A DNA stretch of 63,259 nt, filler included, from Octopus bimaculoides (GCF_001194135.2; 4 parts of 3 records of this genome joined end to end with filler, not necessarily neighbours in it); one strand, 5' to 3'. Positions 39,565 through 53,454 are shown, numbered from the whole stretch's first letter. The notes: generated by a model not told the origin, from the letters alone. A program made the numbers and translations.

Positions 39565-40634
39565 GTTAGCATTCACTTACACTTGTGTGACTGTACACGA
39601 AAATATCTGCGAACTATTGAGTTTTTCCTTGCCATTGAATTTTGAATGAATAAACGCATAAACATGTACCTTGCTATCGCTGAGCAGATTATTTTAGGGA
39701 AAGCTTAGAATGGAAATAGCATCTGACAAAGTGAAAGAGGATGATTTAATTTTAAACATTCTTGTTTTTTTTTTTTTTTTTCAATGCCGATTCCTCGAGT
39801 TTGAAACACCTCCTTTACTTCATACATACTCTAGAATTTGATTAAAGAAAACCAATGTAGAATATATATATATTATTACATATATATATATTATTACATA
39901 TATATATATATATTATTACATATATATATATATATTATTACATATATATCATAAGCAAAAACTATGTATCATTGCATCATTGTATCATTGTAAGAAATTC
40001 ATCACCTATAAAAGGGCTGTGGTTAAGCAGAGGAATAAATATATATAACATTTCATCTCGTCTTTGTAATTATATATAACTTTCTATAGCATTGAATTTC
40101 ATATGCCCCGTATCAACAAAATAAATAGAATGGATACATTTGGATTGATTTAATCGACTCCCGAATATTTCTTTATGTTTGCGGTGTTAATGTCGAAAAT
40201 CAATGGGGCACCAATAAAAATACAAAACAGTAACTACTACCACCACCAGCACCACCAACAACAACATAGACAACTACAATAACGGCAACGGATATTTTCT
40301 ACGAGAATTACAGCAAAACTAGCTACAATAAAGAAGGTTTCCTTCATAGAAAATCTAAATGCAGTATAGAATAACATCCGGTAAAATCGAATCTTGAATG
40401 AGATTTCACTTTCAAATACATTGCTTTTTTCTCCTTTTCGTGATGGTGTTACTACTATTGGGGGTATGCATTGATATTACAGAAACTTAACCCAGTGCCT
40501 GATAAATTTAAGAAATTGCACTTCATCTATAGAAATCAGTTGTTTAAATATTTCCATAGCCATTCGTATTCAAAAACATTTCCCTATACACGCATATAAC
40601 AACACACACAAAGAAATCACTATTACATCACTTG

Positions 40635-40702
<68 letters not shown>

Positions 40703-40840
40703 CACACACATACATATACACACACATACATAATTACATACATAATGATATATACATATATGTTCATATATATATACATATATATATATGTATATACACC
40801 TACATACATACATATATGTTCATATATATAAATATATGTG

Positions 40841-40886
<46 letters not shown>

Positions 40887-40938
40887 NNNNNNNNNNNNNN
40901 NNNNNNNNNNNNNNNNNNCATATATATAAATATATGTG

Positions 40939-40986
<48 letters not shown>

Positions 40987-41024
40987 AATGCAAGAGCCAA
41001 ACGCTTGTATGCAAGATTAATGAT

Positions 41025-41787
41025 TTATTCTAAAGCTACTTATATCTATTAGATTAAACAAACACATGGACACGTCACTTCCAATTCTCTTCTCTATCTA
41101 CTTGGCTCTCGCTAAAGATACTGAACGATGAGCTGTCTTCATTGCTAGAACGGAATCTCATGCAAACAATTGGAGAGTTTGCTTTATGTATTATTGGATT
41201 TCCATATCTAACTTAGAATGATATTTAAGCCTCTATTGTACCTGGTGAAACAATGACAAATCGGCACGGTATTTATCAATGACGATCGATCATGAGTAAG
41301 CAGCCTCTACGCTATGTAAATTAGGAATCCATAAGTGTTACTGGCAAAAATAAGAACAGCGATACGGCACTTAAAAGAGAAATGATTAATCTTCTTCTTC
41401 TTCTTCTTCTTCTTCTTCTTCTCCTCCTCCTCCTACTTCTTCTTCTACTTCTTCTCCGCCTTCTCCTCCCCATCCTCCTCCTCCTCTTATTATTATTATT
41501 CTTCTCCTCCTCCTTCTCCTCCTCCTCCACTTCTTCTTCTTTTTCTTCTTCTTCTTTTTCTTCTTCTTTTTCTTCTTCTTCTTCTCCTCTTCATCCTCCT
41601 TCTCCTCCTACTTCTTCTTCTTCTTCTTCTCCTTCTCCTCCTACTTCACATTTTCTTCTCATCACCATCAGAAGTAGTATGGTTGTCATCGCCCACCTTC
41701 TTTGTAACACCAACATCATCTTCCTCATTATAATAATTATCACCACGTGTATTATTATCATTATTATCATTATTATTATTATTATTA

Positions 41788-41830
<43 letters not shown>

Positions 41831-42425
41831 GGCTTCAACCGTGGAATCCAGCTCGAATCATTTGCTGGTGAGTTTTCTCTAATTTTGCCAATTTCGACTA
41901 CTGAAATTGTAATTATTGTTTGGTGGTAGTATCCAAGTATCTTTTGAAAGTGTTTTACCACATTTCAATCACGGAACGGGCGGAAAGACCGTTTCGAAAT
42001 ATTTCTCGGACATTTTTTTCAATCTATTCCTTTTCACACATGGCCAGAGGAGAAAATGTAGCTGCTTCCTCGTGTTCAATCGACCCGAGGAACAGTAGTC
42101 AACCAAGCGTATCAGTCACCACTCTCTTTGATTTTACAAAGTACCTACAGACAATAACACCACCACCAACATCTCCACCACTACCATCACAACATGATTT
42201 ATTCTAAAGCTACTTATATCTATTAGATTAAACAAACACATGGGACCCGTCACTTCCAATTCTCTTCTCTATCTACTTGACTGTCGCTAAAGATACTGAG
42301 CGATGAGGTATCTTCGGTGCAAGAACGGAATCTCATGCAAATAATTTGAGAGTTTGCTTTATGTATTATTGGATTTCCATATCTAACTTAGAATGATATT
42401 TAAGCCTCTGTTGTACCTCTATTGT
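41025..42425 (+). repeat. Direct repeat pair of about 230 bp (41025-41262 and 42198-42420)
   Basis: Both begin atttattctaaagctacttatatctattagattaaacaaa and end atatctaacttagaatgatatttaagcctct(a/g)ttgtacct; scattered substitutions. Confidence 0.9.
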
Positions 42426-42549
42426 ACGCCAACAGCTAAAACAGGACCATAACACCGTCATAACTTGTGACAACTCCAACAACAACAATAATGACATCAA
42501 CAATAACAGTAGTAACAAAACCAGCAGCAGCAACAACGATAACATTATA

Positions 42550-45500
42550 ACAATCAGCAGCAGTGTCGGCACCAACACAATCGCTGACTTCTACAACAGC
42601 ATCAACAATAACGCTATTTACGAAGACGTTAACGAGAATATACATCCGAAGGAAAAAAAATTCCTTCGCAAATATAATAAATACATGGACCACTCATTCC
42701 TTGCAAGGGAAACGGGGGGCAGTTATGAAATATCGGAAAGATATCATTTGACCCGGCGTCATGGCTCTCCCAGGGGAGAAAAGGACTTCCACCAAAAAGA
42801 GAACGATAATTTGTAAGTGCATTAATCGCAGAGGGAGAAAACTGGTATACTCTTCCCCAACCGAAACAGAAAAAATGCCCGGAGGAGGTGTGGCTTTCGT
42901 AATTTATGTCTGTCGAGTAAAACGATATGGAGCCGTGGTAGGTATCTGTAGCAACGAAGAGGAAGCGCGTAGGACTTGCTCCTCTCACCAGTACGTTATG
43001 CTCCTTTTATATATGAGACATCGTGTGACCAAAGTCAGGGTCTCAGAAAGCCCATGGGGACCAGGCAAGTGTAATGCCAGAGGAGTACGGGGAGGTGATA
43101 AGTACGGGGAGGTGATCAAGTCCCCAACAAAACAGAACAGGAGTGTCCATGGGGTTCCAGGTTTTGGTTGCTCCGGAAAAGGTTCATGCTCTCCTGGACT
43201 TTTTCTGTTTTGATGAGTGCGAGCAGATGCGGGTGGTCGCGAAGGGGAGGAAACCCAGGTGTTACATTTGTGGCAAAACTGGCCACTTAGAAGCTTTATG
43301 CCCACCTGTAGAGAAGTCGAGAGAGGTGACTCACGCTGCTCCAATATACCCGACGCCAAATCCGTTGCCATCCCGAACAGGAAAGCAGCGGCGACCACAA
43401 CGTCAGACACTAGAACAGAGAGGCAATAAGGCCATAAAAATTCTATCAACTCCTTGTATATAGAAGGGGCCCCACATGAGACAAAACCATCTGAAAGGGT
43501 AATCGCCGACCAACCCTCAAAAATGAATAGGAGGAGAGACAATACAGACGTAAACCCTAAATCCCAAACGTTTGTGGACTTGAATCTGAGTAGCTTCACG
43601 GCAGTCAACCTCGAAAACGCGGCAGCCAATCTGGAAACCATAGCTGCAAGCCAATAACATCACAGCAGCAACAGCAGAAGATAAAACAACAAGAGACAAA
43701 TCAACTACAACAAAATCAAGGAAAGTAACAGCATTCTCAGCAAAAACGGGGGACACAAGATCTGCAACAGGAGAAGCCGAAACAAAAGGAACCAAAACGG
43801 CAACAATCACACCAACCAGAAGAGACGGGACATACTGAACAACGTCTCAAGACGAGCTTTTGAATTAGAGTTCTACGGAAGGATAACAGGGAAATAATCG
43901 AATTTGTAGACACAAAGATAAAATTTTGACAATGGGCGAGGGTTTTGATGCTCTCGCTATTGCCAAAACCCCAGAAGGGAGGTTTCTGATTAAAACAAGT
44001 CGCACTGTGTATAGTTTTCTGAGGAAACGTTTCCCACATGATGTGGGGTTTTCAAAAACATATTAGATAACAGGATATTGGAAGGCCTGTTGAAAGTCCC
44101 CTAAAAAGATCAACCCAAACCAAAGGTAAGTGATTGACTCTTTTTGTTTCGTTCCTCCTGGAATGGCAATTCTGAGAATAGGTTGTATAAATGCTCGTGG
44201 TCTTAGGGCAGCAGGAAAAGAGAGTTACATACTCAATGACCTCAGATCACAGTGTCTTGACGCAATAGCCATTAGGGAAACTAGAATTTCCGAAATGCAA
44301 TCGCTTGCTCTTCTTCTGCAGGACTAACTTGTCTAGTCGGCCTGAATCACATGGCATTGTGGTGCTTTTAGGAAAAAACCTCTACTTGAAGGTGAATACG
44401 GTTTTCCATGATCCGTTCGATAGGATGGTGGTCTTGGACGTAAGCAGCAAAGAAGGCAAGCGGGGAGCGTTCAGACCAGTGGCAGTTTATGTCCCAACAG
44501 GAGTTGGACGGCAAGATTTCTTTAGACGTCTAGAGACTTTCCTAGGGACATCTCGCTTATTAGAGCTAGTGAATGTCTGGAATAGGATCTTAGACACAAG
44601 CAAAGATTATATAGGAGCAACCAATAGCAGAGTGGGGGTACAAAAGCCTTGCTAACTTCACCAAGCATGTTCAACTGTATGACAGGCTTCGCCTCGATCA
44701 CCCGAATACATCATTGTGGACTTGGTTAAATCGTAGTGGGTCATCCAGGCCATACTTAGATAGGATGTTTATTAGACTAGCAGACATGCATAGTATAAGT
44801 TACCCACATTTTCAGATCGTTGGCTATTCAGATCACAAATTCAGTACCTTTACAGTTAACTTACGAAAAACAATCACACAAGGACCTTGTTACTGGAAGA
44901 TGAACGTGTCCCTCCCGGCACCGAAAGATTTGAGGGGCTGGATTAGTAGACTACTTAAAGAGGAATTGACGGGAGCCATCATCAACAAAAGGTGGTGGGT
45001 CTCCTTAAAGAAGAAAATCAGAGAGGGCTCAGTGAGATTTAGCACAGAAATTGTTTTAGAAAACGACAGAGTAGAAAATAAACTTGTTAGTAACATAGAA
45101 GAGGAACATGAAAGTGGGATTGCAAATGACGTGGTAAAGGCGAGAATGGCACCTGACCATATCTTCGACGTAAAACATGAAGGCTGTATTGTCCCAGCTA
45201 GGATGCATGCCTTGAAACACTAACGCTAAAAACCGCTGGTTGGGCCCGGATAGTGGAAGCATAGCATGGAAACAAATATAAGATTCTCACTGTGACGTAG
45301 CGCAGTGGCCATGTGCACTCCGACACCAAATATATGAGCGCAGTTTTTCGGCAGCATTTCACCGATCTATTTTCGAAGAGTGGCATTCTTGACTCAGCGA
45401 GCTTTCAAGCTTACATCGAGGGTATGCCGCGCCTATCACACAAGGATATCGAATGCTGCGAGAAGCCGATTTCATGTGGAGGAAACGGAAGATGTATTGG

Positions 45501-46130
45501 GCCGCTGCGTGAGGTGAAAATCACCAGGATTGGATGGTTTGTCCTATGAACTATATGCATACATGTCGGACTTGTTTGCACCGGTTTTAGCAGTTGTTTA
45601 CTTGCTCCTGGCAACAGACGGGAAGCATTCCCAGTCGCGTGAGACGGGGAGTGGTGACGCTGCTAAGAAAGGATCTGAACAAAGAGGATGTGATTGAAAA
45701 CTTCAGGTCCATATCTCTACTCAACACTGAGTTAAAGATTTTAGCTAAAGTGCCCGCCAAGAAGCTAGCGCTTGTTGCTGGGAGTATAGTCGGGAATGCA
45801 CAAACCTGTGCGAGCCCCGTTAAATCTTTTCATGACAATCTCCACCTCATGGGATACAGCGTACAACGGGTTGAGAGTAGATCGGTCTTTGGAGGAGCAC
45901 TGGTCAATTTGGACCAGTCCAAAGATTTTGATAGGGTGGAACATTCCTATCTGGTGTTTGTCCTAAAAGCTGTTGGTTTCGGTTCCTTCTTCAGAGGCTA
46001 GATCACCACAATAGATAATGGCTTTTGCTTGGTTGTCAAAATGAATAGAACATTTCAGTATCGAGCGCTTGGTACGCCAAGGATGCCCACATTTTCTGTA
46101 GGTTATATATATTTGTTAGCCCTGGCGTTT
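42550..46130 (+). mobile_element. Tx1/L1-clade non-LTR retrotransposon (ORF1, APE endonuclease, RT to about motif 4; 3'-truncated, decayed)
   Basis: ORF1 starts at 42563 (in-frame stop 42749-42751) and has CYICGKTGHLEALC (CCHC). ORF2 starts at ATG 44163: RIGCINARGL..IAIRETR, AVYVPT, WTW...YLDRMF..SDHK, GPCYWKMNVSL, FRSISLLNTELKILAK, QTCASP, DQSKDFDRVEHSYL..VLKAVGFG, RQGCP. G.YWK.N.SL, QTCA.PG and DQ.KAFDRV are L1/Tx1 hallmarks. Confidence 0.92.
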
Positions 46131-46229
46131 TTGTTATGTATGTGTCTGAATATTTTTTTTTATCATACCTAATGCGCCCACTATGATAGGAATTGTTTCT
46201 GTTTCAGACTCCACATTCGTGCTATCATG

Positions 46230-46292
<63 letters not shown>

Positions 46293-46316
46293 GTTGTTGT
46301 TGTTGTTGTTGTTGTT

Positions 46317-47098
46317 CAGTAGTTTTATTTTTATAACGTGCTTTCACTTCACTACCGAGCGCAGCTCTGTGCGCCTTGGGTATGTGCTGTGGTGCTCTTA
46401 TGGTTACTGTATTGAAAGTGTTTTGCGTAGGATGTGTGCAGTGCCCAGTAGTGCAATTTTTTGTATGTTATATACATTTGTAAGTCCTGNNNNNNNNNNN
46501 NNNNNNNNNNNNNNNNNNNNNNNNNNNNNNNNNNNNNNNNNNNNNNNNNNNNNNNNNNNNNNNNNNNNNNNNNNNNNNNNNNNNNNNNNNNNNNNNNNNN
46601 NNNNNNNNNNNNNNNNNNNNNNNNNNNNNNNNNNNNNNNNNNNNNNNNNNNNNNNNNNNNNNNNNNNNNNNNNNNNNNNNNNNNNNNNNNNNNNNNNNNN
46701 NNNNNNNNNNNNNNNNNNNNNNNNNNNNNNNNNNNNNNNNNNNNNNNNNNNNNNNNNNNNNNNNNNNNNNNNNNNNNNNNNNNNNNNNNNNNNNNNNNNN
46801 NNNNTATAGGTCCTAGCTCTGTCGTGTCTGTGAATATATTCCTTCTTAGCCTGGACTGGGCAGCCAGAGATAATATGATTTATTATTTCTTGTCCATCTC
46901 CACATATTCTACAGTTACTTGTTATGTTTCTTTTCATTATATGTTTTTGGTAATTTCTGGTGGGGAGGCTTTGCTCTTGTGCAGCAATTAAAAATCCTTC
47001 AGTCTCTGCTTTGCGTCCTGAGCGTCTCAACCATTACTGGGATTTTTCTCTGTCTATTTCTTTTGCATTTACTTTAGCCCAGTATTTACCATGTAGGG
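46317..47098 (-). mobile_element. R4/Dong-clade (restriction-like endonuclease) non-LTR retrotransposon, 5'-truncated
   Basis: KPLHGKYW...WLRRSGRKAETEGFLIAAQEQSLPTRNYQKHI..CRICGDGQEIINHIISGC..AKKEYIHRHD [gap] IQKIALLGTAHILRKTLSIQ*, then a short 3' UTR. Flanked on both sides by (TAA)n/(AAC)n. Confidence 0.85.
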
Positions 47099-47100
47099 GC

Positions 47101-47170
<70 letters not shown>

Positions 47171-47935
47171 TCGGAAAACAACGCATTACATCAAAGTGGC
47201 ACTGGGTTACACATATATGAAGCCTAATATAGCCATCATGACTACTCGTCTAATAAGTGTAACCCAGGCACATGCATCACAGTCATATGTGCGCGACATG
47301 GTGATCTCATATCAAGATAAACAGCGAGAGACATCGCACGTAGGACCTAGTTAGAATTTTCTTCAGGTAGAGTAGCCCATCCTACTTAAAAGGGCGCTGA
47401 AAAATGTTCGTTTTAAGGTTGTTGAACAAAACACCCATACTTCCAGAGATGAATCATTCAAACACCAAAGAATTCCTCTCAGTACATCTATATGATGCTA
47501 CCCCCACTACTTCTACTCGCTATCAGAGATGCAGATATCGTCAGCCACTAAGGGGACATGTTCAACTGGTTAATGTCAAGCAACTGACAAGCAAATATGT
47601 AGCATTGAGCACGTATAAGTATCAACTGCGAAATAATACTGATTCTTTGTTTCGTTGACTTGAAATTCTATATGCGCTCGTTAGACAATGTTACCTGATG
47701 TCTATTTAGACGAATAGTTTGTCGACCATGTATTGTCATTCGAAACGAAAACTTGTCCTAAATACTGGACAATGGATGTAAAAAGAAACACAGTTATCGT
47801 TATTTGATAAATTGGTTGATGTTAACTATTTTTTTTATTCTACAGTCATTCCAGTATACATATATATAAATATACATATATGTATTTATGTATATATGCG
47901 CATGTAAATGCGTGTGTATATGTGTGCGTGCGTGC

Positions 47936-48023
<88 letters not shown>

Positions 48024-48499
48024 ATATATATGTAAGCCAGGATTCCACGATCATCTCAGGCTGTTCCTTAGATTTAGTGTATAATTCTAAAAATTGAGCG
48101 ATGCGTTATGTAGCTCTTTGTTATTAGATTGTTAACACCTCTGTAATGATCTTGCAGAATATTCGTTTCCAATTATTTCGAAATACAAAACGCTTTTACG
48201 TTTCAGTAATTATCGTGATTGTTACGCTTTTGCCGTTAGCGGCTGACTATTTCGCAAAACCACTTTGCGAAGGCGTGACATACAAAATCTCAAGCTTTCG
48301 TTTCTCCATAATTGAAAAGCTATTGTGCATAAATTGTAAAATTAGAACAAATACATAGCATTGAATTGCGGCTTTGAATATTATTTGTACCGGCATTCAT
48401 TTTTATCCTCACTTGTTAAACTAAATATAATTGTAAGTGACATCCTGTGATTTATTTGGTATATTCAATGCAGAAGAACGATCTAATCAGCTTGAGCAA

Positions 48500-49020
48500 G
48501 AGATTTCATAGTTAAGAGACCATTAGAACTTTCTTGGCAGAAGTATTCTCTGTCAAGCAATTTAGAAGGTCTCTGTCAATTTGCAACTTGAAGTCAAGAC
48601 TACTTGAGTAAAATCTTCTAATAGCCATGTCATTATCTTTGAGAAAAATACCATGCCCTTAGCCACTTGATACGGTTGAGTACATTGTTGTGAACATATT
48701 TCATATTCTGCAATTATTCTACATTTGAAATATAAAATAACAATTTCTGTTACATTTTGCTTTTGATAAATTTGTGCGAGCCAAAAATTTCGTTCATTTT
48801 TCTATCTCCAGTGAGAATGGGTAGACTTTGGATGACGTTGAATGCCTCATTGTTTCTTGGGTTATGTGTGGAGATGAACGGTAGTACTTTTAAATTTGGT
48901 ATAGTATTTCGGTTAACTTTCCTTCATGTCTGCATGTCTAATTCTTTTGCTCGCTTAATCCCATCATCTATTAATGCTGTTGGGTAATGTCTCCTGATTA
49001 GTGTTTAAGTTCACGTAGTT
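48500..49020 (-). mobile_element. Penelope-like element fragment (RT thumb/linker)
   Basis: Minus frame LIRRHYPTALIDDGIKRAKELD...KVLPFISTHNPRNNEAFNVIQSLPILTGDRKMNEIFGSHKFIKSK matches the PLE L..R.YP..LI...I.RA / LPF..T.NP pattern. Confidence 0.75.
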
Positions 49021-49099
49021 TTTCGGATACCAATACCCGTAAACTAAGAGGTTAGTAGTATTGTGGTAGTTGGTACGCTGACACGTTGTGATTTGAAAG

Positions 49100-49810
49100 C
49101 CGCACAGATGAACGTGCAGCGGAGTCTAATTCGTGAACCTATGCTTTTCTTAAGTAACCAAAAGCATTTTTTGTGCGAAAGATGGCGTTGCAGTCGATAA
49201 CAGTAAAGTAACCAGATGCTTCAAGAAATTTTGCTCGGGTTGCAAGAATCCCAACTATCAGACAATGTAAGTCTTAAAAGCAAGATTTCCGAGGCCATAC
49301 TCCAAGCCATAGTGTGGCGCACTCAACCGGAGAGTATTAGGAGAGCTTGGTATCTCACGGATGTATGCCATTATTGACAAAAATACTCGGCATTTGTTAG
49401 CAGGAAGGGAGTTCTTCTGTGGCAAGACAACGCAGAACCTCATATCCCTTGAACAACTCGAAATAAACTTTAGGAACTTGAAGGAATTGAACTAATGCCT
49501 CACTTAGTATATCATCAAGACGTAGCTCCTTCGGGTTATTAATTCTTCCAATCCATAACTCACTTCACGGGCTCCCGACTCTTTCTCAACCAACAGAAGT
49601 TGAAAGCTTCAGTCGGAGAATTCTTCGCCCTGAAATACAAGAACTGGTATCAGCGTGGGATCAAGGAATTGGCAGCAAGGTGGCTTTAGATAGCGCATCA
49701 CGATGGCCTCTACGTTGAATGCTAGGCTGCATTTGCTGTAGCTTGACGAATAAAGCAAATAAGTTACCAAAATATTGCAAAACATTTGACTCCCCAAAAT
49801 ATTTGATAGG
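49100..49810 (+). mobile_element. mariner (DD34D-type) remnant, internally deleted
   Basis: N-terminal MNVQRSLIRE...VTRCFKKFCSG fragment; then RKGVLLWQDNAEPH...ELMPHLVYHQDVAPSGY*FFQS...KNWYQRGIKELAARWL...DGLYVE (DNARPH and YSPDLAPSDY equivalents). Confidence 0.85.
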
Positions 49811-51659
49811 GCAGCTGATCATGTAGATGTCCACTCAAAGTTAATGTAATAATACAGATGAGAAATAAAAAGATATACTTAGTAAAGAGATGATTAACGC
49901 TTTTGACACTCAACAGCAGCCGTTTTATTAGAGTTTGCAGTATATCATATACAGATTATGTTATTGGGTTTATATTTGTATTGAGAACAATAGTGATTCA
50001 AGGCTCAAATTTTAATAAAGATATCCAGCGAGCTCTATCTGCAAACTATATGATACATGCGATATGTGTCTTTGAAATGTTTCTCCAGAGACATCGCTAT
50101 TCTGGAAGCAATTCAGATCACAAAAATACTATTGGGACCAGTTTCTAAAGGCAGAGCTTGTAAAAAAATCTACATAAGCCAAAAGTGAATATTTTCCGAC
50201 TGCTAAATAGCATCAAACAAAAACCATCGCGTGAGATGTTGAGATATCAGATAGTCTAATGTTTTCAAAAGTTTCTCGTGAAATATGATACGTCGAGAAA
50301 AGAGAAGATTACTTTTTGAATTAAAGGGTCATGGATTTCAAGCATCTACTAACGACGAATGACACACAAAAATAGTATTTATTTATCAGTGGCCTCACTG
50401 CGACGCATTATGCTAGATGGACGAGAAATGAGTTGATAAAAGGAAGACATGTAAAGAAGAAGATCAAATATATTTCATTTTATCTGAATTGATAAGTTTT
50501 GGAAAAAGACATCAAACACATAACATTCTTGCTCAAAACTGTGGGATCAGTAAGACAATTTATATATTGGCCTCTAATTTAGAGTGAAGAACAGCAATTT
50601 TGAGGGATGGGCGTTTGTCGATACCGTCGACCTCATGGTTATACCGGTAATTTATTTAATCTACCCTCGCAGAATGAAATCAAAGTTAATCTCGGGAAGA
50701 TTTTTCTCAAAAGGAAAGATCCAGAAAAATGTGTTTTTTCTAAGCACTAACGATTTTGCCACCTCAGCGTGCTTGATGAGTTGCATACTGTGAAATTGTT
50801 TTCCTTATGGCATTTCGGAACAATTACAGTGATTTGAAAATACTTGTATATTGTATTAAAGTAGGAATTTTTCTTTGTCTCGGTGTTAAAATTAGAGTTA
50901 TGAAAGCTGTGACAGTCTTACCAATCAAAGATCAAAAGTAAATTAAATAGTTATATACGATCAAAGAAAAGACTTTCGGAATGCTTAGTTAAACATGAAA
51001 AATACAATTGTAAATGACTAAAGATTACCTTTACATTTAATTGTCTAACCAAGTTATGTAATTAACTTCATTAATTTCACTTGCGGGAGATAAATGGATG
51101 CTATTTTTATATTCCAATAATAAATCAGTGTAGATATTCAATCCTGCTTCTTGACCAAAACTTTCATTAAATTTTAGTAACTATAATTATGATTTTCTTC
51201 TATCAAAATAGAAATTTGTAAAGGATAGACTGCTTCTCAGAAAACATATATTGAGAATTATGGCTTCAAATTAAAATTGAAAAAATTTCAAATAAATCGA
51301 TGAAATGCCATTTACGCAGAACAATCTTATATTACAAGAAAAAGAGAATCATGTTGTGATAAGAAAATTGAGAGAATATTTACTTACATAACTATGTTCT
51401 AAGATGACAAGAAAAAAGTAACATGATTGTAAATTTTATCGACAAACGCTGGTAAGTTTATTTTGATCCTTGCTTCACGTTAAAGATAAGGAAACAGGCT
51501 GTAGATTTGAATGAAAAACACGGTTTTGTTGGTTCGATACTTTATCGAACAGTACGTGGAATACACTCTAATGTTTATTGAGTGTTGTGTGAGAATTACT
51601 TGATCTTCTTGACATTTTATATATCATCGTCATCAACATCGTCGTCATCATCAACATCG

Positions 51660-51713
<54 letters not shown>

Positions 51714-52619
51714 CCATCATCATTTCTTGTAATCTACTTGGGAATTCGATGTATTGGGCTATATGCAGGATTTCATTTATATTATATCTAGTTTTGTAAT
51801 ACATAGGTACACACTCACACACATGCAGCACACACACACACATACGAACATATGTATATATATATAAACACACGCACATATATATACATACAAATATACA
51901 TACATATATATATATATATACATCTTCATATGCATTTATATATTCATATATATGCATATACGTACGCGCACACAGACACGTGTGTGTGGGGTTGTAAGTG
52001 TGTGTATGTCTGTATACATGTCTGTGTGTATATGATGTGATTTGTGTGTATACATATATATATATATATACATCTTCATATGCATTTATATATTCATATA
52101 TATGCATATACGTACGCGCACACAGACACGTGTGTGTGGGGTTGTAAGTGTGTGTATGTCTGTATACATGTCTGTNNNNNNNNNNNNNNNNNNNNNNNNN
52201 NNNNNNNNNNNNNNNNNNNTTAATTAATTAANNNNNNNNNNNNNNNNNNNNNNNNNNNNNNNNNNNNNNNNNNNNTCAACGGTCAATCATAATAATGGCC
52301 GATCATAACAATGCTGACCGGAAGTTAGAAATTCTTATGTATATATGTATGTATGTGAGTATGCACGTATGTACTTATGGATGTANNNNNNNNNNNNNNN
52401 NNNNNNNNNNNNNNNNNNNNNNNNNNNNNNNNNNNNNNNNNNNNNNNNNNNNNNNNNNNNNNNNNNNNNNNNNNNNNNNNNNNNNTGGCTCGTCTGTTTT
52501 CCTATGTGTTCATTCTGTTGTCCGTAAAAAAAAGTAAGTTTTTGTGCTTTGTTTATGTTCCCGTTCCTTTTTTGGCGTCCTGTACCCGGATATGCATCTA
52601 TATACATATATACATATAT

Positions 52620-52776
52620 ACGACGGACTTCTTTCAGTTTCCGTTTACCAAATCCACTCACGAGGCTTTGGTCGGCCCGAGGCTATAGTAGAAGACAACT
52701 TGCACAAGGTGCCACGCAGTGGGACTGAACCCGGAACCATGTGGTTGGTAAGCGAGCTACTTACCACACAGCCACT
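52620..52776 (-). mobile_element. tRNA-derived SINE head (family of 35011)
   Basis: Reverse complement reads gagtggctgtgtggtaagtagctcgcttaccaaccacatggttccgggttcagtcccactgcgtggcaccttgtgcaagttgtcttctactatagcctcgggccgacc. Further family pieces lie at 53295-53440, 54450-54665 and 56870-57330. Confidence 0.85.
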
Positions 52777-52945
52777 CTATATATACGTGTGTAGATATAC
52801 ACAAATATACATACTCATACATACACACAGATATACCAACATATACATAGATACACATGCACATGCATGCACATGCATTCACATACGCGCGCACATGCAT
52901 GCAAACATGCGCGCGCGCACATGCATGCAAACATGCGCGCGCGCA

Positions 52946-52996
<51 letters not shown>

Positions 52997-53454
52997 CAAA
53001 ATAAATTTGAAATTGATGACACTCAGAGTAGCGATGGAGTGAATCTTCCCTCAGCATCGGACTAATTACATGTCCAGAGTATGCTTTCACTTGTTTTTTC
53101 ATCCAGATGTGTGCGCGCGCATGTAGTATGTATGTTATCAATCAGTTTCATTTCTGTATTTCTTGTCCATAGAGAAAGAGCCGGACTCTAACATAGATTC
53201 AAGGCTCCTTCATTGGAACTTTTATCAACATCATCNNNNNNNNNNGTATGCATGTATGCACGCGCGCACGTGTATGTATGTGTGTGTGTGTGTGTGTATC
53301 TTTCATCTGTTTCAATCATTAGACTGCAGCCATGTTAGAGCACCGCCTTGAAGAATTTTTAGTCAAATGAATCAAACCTAGTACTTTTGTTTCCAACCCT
53401 AGCACTTATTCTCTCGGAATCTCGTGTCGAATTGCTAGATTACGAGAATGGGAT

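Noticed and set aside
41829-41875. ATG...MASTVESSSNHLL|gtgagt, a possible plus-strand first exon
   Set aside because: It emerges from an (ATT)n tract, and no downstream exon or homology supports it.
44121-44165. Strong donor AAG|GTAAGT just before the Tx1 ORF2 ATG
   Set aside because: Only about 35 nt to the ATG and no AG acceptor; too short for an intron.
51900-52175. Exact tandem duplication of about 125-150 bp (similar case at 40805-40984)
   Set aside because: Both abut or straddle N gaps in low-complexity DNA; likely contig-end overlap artefacts.
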